A stretch of 64,000 nt of DNA from a bacterium (GTDB lineage Bacteria > Zhuqueibacterota > Zhuqueibacteria > Residuimicrobiales > Krinioviventaceae), in contig OY843751.1 of NCBI GenBank assembly GCA_963693055.1, positions 4,384,001 to 4,448,000 of the forward strand, written 5' to 3'. Shown in pieces: positions 52,717-61,811 of this stretch. The number at the start of each line of letters is the position of its first letter. Within the stretch, counting starts at the first letter, position 1. The notes under the pieces were generated by a model that worked only from the letters and a program-made list of their open reading frames with translations, searched no databases and had not been told where the DNA came from. The position numbers were made by a program, and so were the translations under genes.

Positions 52717-53703
52717 CTAGTTGTTACTGGTGGAAGTGAATGCTGGGTAATTATTCAAAACATTTAAAATTTCTCTTTGAATATTTTCGTTTTGTTCATC
52801 TCGTACACGATATACTGACTGCTCAGCCTGATAGCGTCCTCCCCGATAGAATCTGTCTGTTATAAACAAATAATACCAAACAGCACCACTAGTGTCTCCT
52901 GCAGCGAATAGTGAAATATTTGCTGTCAAGTTTAGACAATTCAGTATCAACGAATTTGCAAAATTCTTGTACTCACCCGCATACAGTTGCCCACTTCCGG
53001 GAATAAATGTAGACAACCATTTGGCAACATTTGGATTTTTTGTTTTAGACGTCTCAGTTTTTTTTAAAATATTATTCAACCTGGGGAAGCATTCTTTATC
53101 ATTCAATCGGTTATAATCACTTAAAAACTCGTTTGCTTTTGGCCAATTTTTAGCATAAACAGCAGAAATAAACAACAAGAAATAAATATTCTTCTTTTTC
53201 ACTTCATCAATAGGCTTTTGTAGTAAAGACAACAATTCTAATTGCGCAAGACTGTAATTCTCCAAAACAATATAGCCAGAGGCTTTTGCTGTAATGATTT
53301 CAAACAACTGATCATTGCTACTTGTATAGTTCTGGGCTGTATTAAACATTTCAATAGATTTTGTATTGTCTCCCAATTCTCTATAACATAAACCCATCTT
53401 GAAGTAAACCTGTCCCCAAATATCTGTTTCTTTAGAAAAGCACAATACTCTATGCAATTCTTTTAAAGCATCATGATAATTGTTTTGATCTACCAAATAG
53501 TCACTAAAAATAATAATATCGTTCAAACCGGATTGTGCAAAACTCTGAACAGCTAAAAGAACAATACTATGGATTAAAAACTTTTTCAACAGAAACCCTA
53601 ATTCTATGATCAAACTGATTATTAATTTCAATATTTTGGACTTTAACAGTAACAGCAGATCCATAAATATTTCCCAGATAAAAAACAGTACCAAGACTAC
53701 CAA
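52717..53703 (-). CDS. TPR protein with C-terminal membrane segment
   Basis: TPR helices, KNP..A..LS..PG.G..YAG motif; true start probably near 53570. Confidence 0.7.
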   Translation of the reverse strand: MVVLVLFFIWEIFMDLLLLLKSKILKLIISLIIELGFLLKKFLIHSIVLLAVQSFAQSGLNDIIIFSDYLVDQNNYHDALKELHRVLCFSKETDIWGQVYFKMGLCYRELGDNTKSIEMFNTAQNYTSSNDQLFEIITAKASGYIVLENYSLAQLELLSLLQKPIDEVKKKNIYFLLFISAVYAKNWPKANEFLSDYNRLNDKECFPRLNNILKKTETSKTKNPNVAKWLSTFIPGSGQLYAGEYKNFANSLILNCLNLTANISLFAAGDTSGAVWYYLFITDRFYRGGRYQAEQSVYRVRDEQNENIQREILNVLNNYPAFTSTSNN

Positions 53704-54439
53704 ACAACCATCCCTTTACTGAATGACTTCCATCGTCTGAGAATGAACTAAATGATTGCCATGACAATACTCCAACCAGTAACAGAGTAGAAATACCATC
53801 AATATTACGTCCGGCATATAATTTCCCTAATCCTGGTAAGAATGCAGACAATATTCCCGCTGTAACTGGATTTTTCATGGTTAAATTGGGGCCAATTTGT
53901 TGCAATTGTTTAAAATCATTTATAAAAAAATGTTTAATATCATCTAATTGATGCAAATGCATTTGGGCTTTTATCCATTTTTTTTCGATCATATAATTTG
54001 CAGCTATCAATAATTCTTTTTCTACTCTCACATTACTTTTATCAATCTGCTCCAAATACGTAATAGATTTTTCATACTGATTCAATTGATAATAGATGTA
54101 TCCGGTTTGCAGCAACGCATTATTATAAACCCAATCATTACTTTTATGAATAGCCCCAAATTTATCTAAAGCATTTTGATATTTTTTTGTATACTGATAA
54201 CACATTCCAATTTTAAACGTAATACTATCTACATCGCATATCAATGACTCTTTTTTACATAAATAAAGATAGCGTTCATACTCAGAGATTGCAAACTGGT
54301 AGTCCTGATTTTCATATAGATAATTTGCAAACTTTATTGTATTCGTTGGAGTATAATATTCGTGAAAATCCATGTTTTGCGCGCAAACACGTATTGCTAA
54401 AAATATTATTATTATACTAAAAAGATGCTTAATGCTCAT
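53567..54439 (-). CDS. Exported TPR protein with C-terminal membrane segment
   Basis: Signal peptide, TPRs, KNPVTAGILSAFLPGLGKLYAG. Confidence 0.75.
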   Translation of the reverse strand: MSIKHLFSIIIIFLAIRVCAQNMDFHEYYTPTNTIKFANYLYENQDYQFAISEYERYLYLCKKESLICDVDSITFKIGMCYQYTKKYQNALDKFGAIHKSNDWVYNNALLQTGYIYYQLNQYEKSITYLEQIDKSNVRVEKELLIAANYMIEKKWIKAQMHLHQLDDIKHFFINDFKQLQQIGPNLTMKNPVTAGILSAFLPGLGKLYAGRNIDGISTLLLVGVLSWQSFSSFSDDGSHSVKGWLFGSLGTVFYLGNIYGSAVTVKVQNIEINNQFDHRIRVSVEKVFNP

Positions 54440-54875
54440 GTTGCTTCCCTTTTAAAACTATTTGATAATATAAAATATCATCAATAGCTTTACCGGTCAC
54501 CGGATCTATCTCATAATATTTCAGAGCAATATCATTACAACGAACCAACCGGTCTGCGGTTAATAGAATACCCGTAAAAACCCCTCTTTGTTTAATCGCC
54601 ATATAACCAAAATTTGAGCAACTGACATTAAAATTACATGTTGGCTTGTCTTGAGGAGAAATAAAATTTTGATAGACTTTGATTGCTCCCTTGGGTAAAA
54701 GCTTTATCAGCGATAAATCTTCAATTGGGGATTCATTAAAAGCCTTGACATCTAAAGAGGGATGACTTTTAAGGATGAATTGTATATCTTTATCATTGGG
54801 AAAACAGGTTGCCGTTGTAAATAAGAAACATGACAAACAAATTGCCCATTTAAATTTCAAATCAACATTTACCAT
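54429..54875 (-). CDS. yidD: YidD-family (membrane protein insertion efficiency factor) protein with signal-like N-terminus
   Basis: YQNFISP...CNF..SCS.F...AI...G...G.....DRL.RCN. Confidence 0.78.
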   Translation of the reverse strand: MVNVDLKFKWAICLSCFLFTTATCFPNDKDIQFILKSHPSLDVKAFNESPIEDLSLIKLLPKGAIKVYQNFISPQDKPTCNFNVSCSNFGYMAIKQRGVFTGILLTADRLVRCNDIALKYYEIDPVTGKAIDDILYYQIVLKGKQHEH

Positions 54876-55600
54876 TCAAAATTTTCAATCGTTACATTTT
54901 CTGGAATGTCTATATTTAAACTATCGGGAATGCTTTTATTTAATTCAAGGTTTGTCAAAGTCACATTCTTTTTTGTTTTTTTTTCGCTATTCATATATAA
55001 TATCTCAACAGTTCCGGGGAAGCCTATATAACCCAATTTTTGATAATCCTTGAAAAATATCTTTTGAACAATTGTATCTTTTTCATCATAAATTACAACA
55101 TTCACTAATTTATCATTTAACGTTTTTAGCACCGTTGTTCCCGCATTGCCCATCTCTTTTGGAGGTTGCCATATAGTTATCAGGGTATCATTCTCCACTT
55201 GATAATCTGCAAGTGTATATGATAAAGCAGATAGACCATAGTCTTTGTATTGAGATGCAATAAATGGAGATAAAAACATAAATTTTTCATGATAATCTGC
55301 ATTTACATTATAAAGCAAATGCTTTTCAGGATAAAAAATTTGCATCAATGTATCATTTATTACAATATCCTGCATTACAGGATAATTAATTTTTAAAAGT
55401 AGCGTTTCAGGATACTTTAGGTAAAAACTACCTTTAGTTAAAGACTCTATATCATTTTCAACTAAAATTTTTGTAAAATTTGCAGCTAACGAAACCAATT
55501 CAACACTTTGCAATGTAGCGGAAAAAGTTATCTTTCCTTGAAAGACACAAAACAAAAGGACAAATAAAAAGTAATCTTTGATAATTTTTGTACGAACCAT
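54869..55600 (-). CDS. LolA-like periplasmic carrier-fold protein
   Basis: Signal peptide, SL.ANF, G.FYLKYP, QDIVIN...IFYP, N..IPDS pattern. Confidence 0.55.
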   Translation of the reverse strand: MVRTKIIKDYFLFVLLFCVFQGKITFSATLQSVELVSLAANFTKILVENDIESLTKGSFYLKYPETLLLKINYPVMQDIVINDTLMQIFYPEKHLLYNVNADYHEKFMFLSPFIASQYKDYGLSALSYTLADYQVENDTLITIWQPPKEMGNAGTTVLKTLNDKLVNVVIYDEKDTIVQKIFFKDYQKLGYIGFPGTVEILYMNSEKKTKKNVTLTNLELNKSIPDSLNIDIPENVTIENFEW

Positions 55601-55611
55601 CTTGATCTCGA

Positions 55612-55644
55612 GAATAAACCGGGTAAAGAAACATCTTTACCCGG
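55612..55644 (-). terminator. Hairpin/terminator between 55661-56080 and the LolA-like gene
   Basis: CCGGGTAAAGA/TCTTTACCCGG 11-bp stem, followed on the minus strand by TTTATT. Confidence 0.6.
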
Positions 55645-55660
55645 AAAACCTTAAACGCTT

Positions 55661-56080
55661 TTAATTGGATTCAGTCGTAGCCATAAAATAAACCATTGAT
55701 ACAGTTGAGCCAACTGCCCACCCAATACAAGCAGCTTTTGTCCGAAGACTTTTAGCTTTTTGACGATAACATGTTGCATATGCGTGAGCATAATCCTCAT
55801 CTTTGCCAACAAGGCGTTCTACAGGAGGCTCGGGTTTGCTTGTGGCCGCAAAGATATAACCAAAAACACCACACATGAATCCGCCAAAAGCGAAACTGGC
55901 GCTACTATCTTCATCTTCAATTGCATCTTGTTCTGCTTTTTGGCAGATGGATTCATAATTCTCAGTTTCCGCATCCTGAGCAAATGAAAAATCCATTGTG
56001 ATTGGCAGGATTACCAAATTCAACATCAATGCAACCATTAACAAATTTACAACAACAAACCGGTTTCGAATGAAATCCAT
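55661..56080 (-). CDS. Small exported/membrane hypothetical protein
   Basis: AGGAGG RBS, signal peptide, two Gly-rich hydrophobic segments. Confidence 0.7.
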   Translation of the reverse strand: MDFIRNRFVVVNLLMVALMLNLVILPITMDFSFAQDAETENYESICQKAEQDAIEDEDSSASFAFGGFMCGVFGYIFAATSKPEPPVERLVGKDEDYAHAYATCYRQKAKSLRTKAACIGWAVGSTVSMVYFMATTESN

Positions 56081-56405
56081 ACTACCTCCTTTACAAAATT
56101 ATTGATTTATTTCATTTCATTTAATATTTCATGATTGAATCATACAGTTTTGCCCCCCACAATTCTATAAAAAAGTTTTCCAATCAATACAATAAAATCA
56201 ATTGATCAACTATAAAGAGGCATTCATTTACTACCATTGTTGAAATTACATAAAACTAAAAAATAATACATTGAAAATTAAAACAATTGGCTGGGCTAAC
56301 ATCCCCACCCCAAATAATTTCAAAAACTCCCCAATAACAAGTCAAGTTTATTGAAACTAATTTTATAATTTAATAAAAAATTGTGTGAAATCAAGTAAAA
56401 TAAAT

Positions 56406-57776
56406 TCATTCAATTTTATCATTCTTTTTCTCCAACCATGAATCAGAAAAAATCCGATATCCTATTCCCTTATCGCCATGCCCTCCCCGACTAAAAAAGG
56501 TAATCATATATCCATCAGCCAGCTTGCCAATGGTACTGTACGAGAAAGGGCCTTCTTCAATCATTTTGTGCTGCCATGTTTTTCCATTATCATCACTGAA
56601 ATATATGGTACCGTGCACCCGGTCATCATCCCAATTTACTTTGTTGTGCTGTTGTTTGCCATTGGGTATTGAGAAATACAAACGGTCGCCAACTTTGGCA
56701 AGCGTACCATGACACAAGACACTACTGACATTAATCAAAAACGGATCTGACCAGCTTGCACCACCATCATCACTGGTATGCGCTATTCGTTGGTCCAGCA
56801 GCGGAATTACCGATGGAGTTTGAGATAATTTCTCAAATCTTTCACTGGAATTCACCCGCCGGATCATAAACAATCGGCTTCCATCATCAATGGAAACCAC
56901 CGAAGCTTCATTCCCAAGAAAATCGGAAATAAATCCATCCATTTCCCAGCGCTGTCCCTGGTCATCACTATATATAATACCCGAACCACTGCAGGGATGA
57001 TTACGAAAGTTATCCGTCATGGTATCCCCATCCGGTACAGAATATATAGGGGCAGCCAAAATCAATCTCCCACTATGGGTACCGTTTTTAATTTCATGCA
57101 CCTGACCAATAGCATTCAAAAATACGGGAGTATGTCCATTATAATTTTTGTATAGCGGAGTTTCTGCACCGGTTAACACCTTGTGGTGCCAGGTTACGCC
57201 ATCATCATCCGACCAATATTGTAGTAAAACCGAGGCTTTATCCATGCCAATCGCATTTAAATTAATACCGGTTTTTTCCAAAACCAATTGGGGATCATTA
57301 TCATAATATGATTTGGTTACTTTTAATCCCACACAGGTCAAAAATAAAATACGCTCTCCATTTTCGAATTCTGAAACCCAGGGTGAAATGGCAAAATGGT
57401 TCATAGGAGTAGATAAAAGGGTTACTCCTTCCCAGGTGTTGCCATAATCACAACTCTTGTTCATAAGAATGACTTTGGGCTCATTATCATCCCCATGAAT
57501 TAGTCGTCCCTGACAAAAAACAAGCAATGCGCCAGTACGAGTAACAACATATGAGGGCTGGAACGTTTTTGCGACTGTCTCATTACCCACTCTGAGACCG
57601 GGTTTGAATACAAATTTCAGTTCGCTGATTCCGGTTTCAGTAATTTGCTTTTGAATCTGGCTAGGTTCATTTGTACAAAAACATACAAATACTAACATTA
57701 TAATCGGTATTACATAATGATATCTCATATTCCACTCGTTCTTAATTTTGAAAATACCATGTAATAAAACTAGCAT
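56406..57776 (-). CDS. Sialidase-fold (GH33-like, BNR/Asp-box) protein
   Basis: Five Asp boxes (SCDYGNTW, SDDDGVTW, SDDQGQRW, SDDGGASW, SDDNGKTW), SYS tyrosine. Confidence 0.8.
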   Translation of the reverse strand: MLVLLHGIFKIKNEWNMRYHYVIPIIMLVFVCFCTNEPSQIQKQITETGISELKFVFKPGLRVGNETVAKTFQPSYVVTRTGALLVFCQGRLIHGDDNEPKVILMNKSCDYGNTWEGVTLLSTPMNHFAISPWVSEFENGERILFLTCVGLKVTKSYYDNDPQLVLEKTGINLNAIGMDKASVLLQYWSDDDGVTWHHKVLTGAETPLYKNYNGHTPVFLNAIGQVHEIKNGTHSGRLILAAPIYSVPDGDTMTDNFRNHPCSGSGIIYSDDQGQRWEMDGFISDFLGNEASVVSIDDGSRLFMIRRVNSSERFEKLSQTPSVIPLLDQRIAHTSDDGGASWSDPFLINVSSVLCHGTLAKVGDRLYFSIPNGKQQHNKVNWDDDRVHGTIYFSDDNGKTWQHKMIEEGPFSYSTIGKLADGYMITFFSRGGHGDKGIGYRIFSDSWLEKKNDKIE

Positions 57777-57941
57777 TCATTCTTTGAATTTAGCAGTAAT
57801 ATCAAAAACATCTTGACAACTTGCCATTGTAATAGTACATTGAAAATTAAACAATTAGGGTCCAAAAACATAACTTGATAATCATTGTCAATAATATAAA
57901 TAAAAAACAATAAAATACAGTTATTAATTATATGAAAAACA

Positions 57942-58334
57942 ATGAACAAATTTTTGACACACTTTTTATCAAAACTAGAAAAATACCCGCAATTAGATTA
58001 TCACATTGATAACAATTGCATTACTATAGATGCACCAACAGAAAACGGACATTCTGTTTGGTTGTCTGTTAATAAATCAGACTATACCGCGGGATACGAT
58101 GGATGGCACGAAAAATTTGATAATGAGGAATCTGCACTTAACGCTATTGCATTTGGATTAAGCGATCAGTGTCGGCTGGCAATAGAAAAAAGAGGTAAAA
58201 TCGTTTGTAAATGGACCCTCCAATTTAAAGATGGAGATCAATGGCAAACAGATAGTGAAACCGGATTACTATTTATACCTTTTTGGCTTGAAAAATATAT
58301 CGAGTATCGGCAAAATAATATCATCAAAATTTAA
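57942..58334 (+). CDS. Hypothetical protein
   Basis: 130-aa ORF with protein-like composition filling an intergenic gap. Confidence 0.6.
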   Translation: MNKFLTHFLSKLEKYPQLDYHIDNNCITIDAPTENGHSVWLSVNKSDYTAGYDGWHEKFDNEESALNAIAFGLSDQCRLAIEKRGKIVCKWTLQFKDGDQWQTDSETGLLFIPFWLEKYIEYRQNNIIKI

Positions 58335-58389
58335 TAAACTGAATAGCTGGCAATAAAGTTTTTTACAATGCGCCAGGAAAGACCAAGCG

Positions 58390-59217
58390 ATGAATAACAA
58401 TTATGTCTTACAAGAAGACCTGTTAAAAGACAAATTGATCAATAAAATGTTGATCGTTTCTTCCATACTAATCACAATAGCCTATATAAGCGCCCAAATT
58501 CGTGCGTTTGAAATAGGCTGGTCATTACGCGATTTATTCCAAACTTTGGCCTGGCTGGTCATTTTAACGCCTGCTGTTTTTCGAAAAAGATTGGGGGTGT
58601 TTACAAAAGCTACAATTGTTATCATTGCTTTTACATTGGGTTCAATACCAGGCGTGTATACCTTGGGAATACTTGGTGGTACTATATTTCTTTTTCCGAC
58701 AACAGCAGTTCTGATCGCGATTTTTTACTCATCAAAAGCCAGCAGCTTGTTTATAATTATTTCTCTCGCATTCCTCACATGGATTGCTTATCGATTTATA
58801 TCAGGAAATGCAGTACTTTCACACAGCGCGGATTTTTTCATTACAAATATCTTTCATTGGGTTGTGTATCTATTGTGTGTTGCATTCTTTTTCATTGTTT
58901 CCTGCCAAACTATACATAGTTTTCGTAAAACAATGGAATTGCAACTTGAGACAATTAAAAGTCAAAGGGATGAACTATCAAAAATTAATAAAGAATTGGT
59001 TGACGCTTCCCAAAATATTAAAAAGCTGCAGGGTATGCTTCCCATCTGCTCATCCTGCAAAAAAATCAGGGATGATAAGGGATATTGGAACCAGATTGAA
59101 TCTTATATCAAACAACACTCTGATGCAGAATTCAGCCACGGTATTTGTCCCGATTGTGCGCAGAAATTATATGGTGAATTTTATAAAAGTAGAAATGATA
59201 AAGATACTAAATCATAA
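58390..59217 (+). CDS. Multi-TM sensor-like protein with coiled coil and C-terminal Cys/His zinc-binding signalling domain
   Basis: 5-6 TMs then LPICSSCKKIRDDKGYW...FSHGICPDC. Confidence 0.75.
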   Translation: MNNNYVLQEDLLKDKLINKMLIVSSILITIAYISAQIRAFEIGWSLRDLFQTLAWLVILTPAVFRKRLGVFTKATIVIIAFTLGSIPGVYTLGILGGTIFLFPTTAVLIAIFYSSKASSLFIIISLAFLTWIAYRFISGNAVLSHSADFFITNIFHWVVYLLCVAFFFIVSCQTIHSFRKTMELQLETIKSQRDELSKINKELVDASQNIKKLQGMLPICSSCKKIRDDKGYWNQIESYIKQHSDAEFSHGICPDCAQKLYGEFYKSRNDKDTKS

Positions 59218-59253
59218 AAAATGCCTCCGCAAATCACATTCACAGAGGCATTT
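59216..59253. terminator. Bidirectional terminator
   Basis: AAATGCCTC...GAGGCATTT between convergent genes. Confidence 0.6.
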
Positions 59254-59268
59254 CCATTTACATCTTTA

Positions 59269-59784
59269 TTAATGTGCTTTCAACTCTTTAACTTTTCCGG
59301 TAGCAGCTTTAATTACTTTGTTAGCATTCTTGTCAAACATGGCAGCACAATGCTCACCACACAAATAATAGGTATGTCCGTCGTATACACGAGAAACAGT
59401 ACTATCATTGACTGCCACATCCATTCCACAGGCACATTTGGCAACCAATTCACCCGAATCTTTTACCTTGAAAACATTTCCCATCATTCCATTATCAATT
59501 TTGGCTTTTAACACCTTTTTATCAAGATCGGTTTTCATTGTAGAACTATTTTCGCTGAATTTTGTTTTACAACCATCACTGCAAACATAATAAAACTCTC
59601 CGTCAACCTCAACTGCAGGGGTTGCATCTGTAACTTTAACTTGCATACCGCAAGCACATAAAGCGGTTTCCTGATCGTCTGATACTTTAATAATATTCGC
59701 TCCGTGTTTATTCACGTCCCCTGCAAAAATCGCTGTGCTGCTCAACAATAACCCCATAACCATTAACATATTTTTATTTTTCAT
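59269..59784 (-). CDS. Exported tandem YHS/TRASH metal-binding protein
   Basis: Two CACGM.V...G..YY.C...C...F repeats; signal peptide. Confidence 0.8.
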   Translation of the reverse strand: MKNKNMLMVMGLLLSSTAIFAGDVNKHGANIIKVSDDQETALCACGMQVKVTDATPAVEVDGEFYYVCSDGCKTKFSENSSTMKTDLDKKVLKAKIDNGMMGNVFKVKDSGELVAKCACGMDVAVNDSTVSRVYDGHTYYLCGEHCAAMFDKNANKVIKAATGKVKELKAH

Positions 59785-60083
59785 AATACTTTTCCGAAAA
59801 ATTATATATTAAAACTTGAATATTTAAACATCTACCAAATATCAGCTATTCCTTGCCTGCTACCATCTAAACAGGCTTAAATCCTGGGTACATTTGTAGT
59901 TGTAAATATAATTCATAACCCAGATTATACTATCACAATATATTAACATCGTATTTTATGAAAAGTATAGCATTCAACTTATCTTTATCTATTAACGATT
60001 TTAAAATTCCTTATCTATTTTACAATTTTTAAAATTAATCAAAAATTAAAATGACTTAGATCCAGTTCTTTTGTCCCTCAAAT

Positions 60084-60110
60084 ATTTTATGATAATTCTT
60101 ATCATAAAAT
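60084..60110. promoter_or_regulatory. Perfect palindrome resembling a Fur-family box
   Basis: ATTTTATGATAA-TTC-TTATCATAAAAT; core TGATAAT-T-CTTATCA is one mismatch from the 7-1-7 Fur box. Confidence 0.5.
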
Positions 60111-60360
60111 GAACTTTACCTAAAAAAATAAACTCTGAATTAGAATTTAGAATATTTGTCATCGGTGTTATTTCTCTTGCATAAAACCTTATAATTATTT
60201 TTATTATATATATGAAATAAAAATTTATAAAAGCACTTAAAGTATTATTCTTTTAATAAGTGATAAAGATGATTTAATACAATACATTAAAAAATATGAA
60301 GTATGATTTATTGATTAATACAAATCTCTATGGTAAAAGTCAACTCATTTTGGATCCTAA

Positions 60361-61614
60361 ATGACCAAATTATCCAAAACTGAAGAAGGTATTGAATGGA
60401 TCAGCCAACTTCATGAAGATGATCAATCGCTGGGTTGTAAGTTATTAGATACTGTTACATTAGTAGGACAAGATGAATTTGTATCTAATTTACGGCAACA
60501 AATTATTAATAATTCAAATAACATTAATGGAAAAGTTGCTTTATTTGCAGAACGTGAACTTAAACGAGGGAAAAATAAAGTTTATAAATTATATAAAGAG
60601 CCAAAAAGAAAAAAAAACAGACGCGCAGAGGGGATGGGACCACAACCTGTTCAACCTAAAATAAACTATGATCTAAAGGTGGGCAGTGAGGGGCTTATTG
60701 CCTGGCTCATTTCAGATATATGCAGAGATAATAATAAATTTATATCACACCCGAGTCCTAACCAGATAAGAAATAAAAAAATAAGAAAGTTTGTATTAGT
60801 CACAGATATTATTGGTAGTGGTGATCGAGTGCTTGAATACCTTGAATCAGCATGGAGTGTTGCTAGCATTAAAAGTTGGAAATCACTAAAATATTTATCA
60901 TTTGTTGTTATTGCATATTCTGGTACTGAGTTGGGTATCAAAAGAGTAAAGCACCATAAAACTTGTCCTACAATTAATATAATCAAGCCATGCCCAACTA
61001 TTGACACAGAATTTGACAAAAAAACAGCAATACAAATTAAATCATTGTGTATTAATTATGATCCCGTAGACAAAAACCAAATTGATTCACTTGGGCATAG
61101 GGGAAGTGGTGTATTACTTGCATTCGCACATGGTTGTCCTAATAATGCACCAAGAATATTGCATAAACTTAAAAAAAACAATTGGAAACCTATTTTTCCA
61201 AAAAGAGTAACAACAGCAACAAGACATATTTTTGGAGAAAAAGACAATCCAAATGAACTAAAAAAGAGACTTGAAAGACTACATGAAACCAGATTAGCTA
61301 ATGGCCACTGGCTTACTCAAGTAACTAAAGAAGGACAAAAAATCATCCTATTGTTAGCAGCATTAAGAAGAGGACCGAGATTTAGTAATGCAATCGCACG
61401 GAAAACTGGTCTTACAATACCTGAAATAGAAATACTTTTAGAACAAACAAAAAATTGGGGTTGGGTATCTGAAAAATTATACTTGACAGAATCTGGCAAA
61501 ACTCAATTATCTCATATCAGAAAGATAACCAGTTCTAATGTTGATACTAATGATAAAAACAAAGTATTGTATTTTCCAAAATCGTTGAGGGCACCACAAA
61601 ATGCATCTAGTTAA
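60361..61614 (+). CDS. Retron effector: PRTase-like domain fused to C-terminal winged helix
   Basis: VLVTDIIGSG PRPP-loop-like motif, GSEG, FAHGCPNNAP; HTH/wing IARKTGLTIPEI...W...LTESGK. Confidence 0.8.
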   Translation: MTKLSKTEEGIEWISQLHEDDQSLGCKLLDTVTLVGQDEFVSNLRQQIINNSNNINGKVALFAERELKRGKNKVYKLYKEPKRKKNRRAEGMGPQPVQPKINYDLKVGSEGLIAWLISDICRDNNKFISHPSPNQIRNKKIRKFVLVTDIIGSGDRVLEYLESAWSVASIKSWKSLKYLSFVVIAYSGTELGIKRVKHHKTCPTINIIKPCPTIDTEFDKKTAIQIKSLCINYDPVDKNQIDSLGHRGSGVLLAFAHGCPNNAPRILHKLKKNNWKPIFPKRVTTATRHIFGEKDNPNELKKRLERLHETRLANGHWLTQVTKEGQKIILLLAALRRGPRFSNAIARKTGLTIPEIEILLEQTKNWGWVSEKLYLTESGKTQLSHIRKITSSNVDTNDKNKVLYFPKSLRAPQNASS

Positions 61615-61811
61615 TGTTGGATTCACAATCCAGCTACAGCGTACTCTTTTTTTTCGGGTACGATTGTGGGGTGCAGATTACTGCAACCTCTTGTTTGAGC
61701 AGGTGCTTGCGCTAAGGTATGTCGCGCTTTTTTGTTGCGTAAGTCTTCCCGCAAACCGCGACATATCTCACCTAAAGGTGTCAAAGTAGATGTGTAGTTG
61801 GTGTCCTCAAC
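61584..61811 (+). ncRNA. Retron msr-msd non-coding RNA
   Basis: Terminal inverted repeats 61584-61609 / 61787-61811, unpaired G61610 in TAG context, three short stem-loops, then a long hairpin 61701-61773; directly upstream of the RT. Confidence 0.8.

Noticed and set aside
61601-61789. 62-aa ORF between effector and RT
   Set aside because: Coincides with the structured retron ncRNA; no protein-like features.
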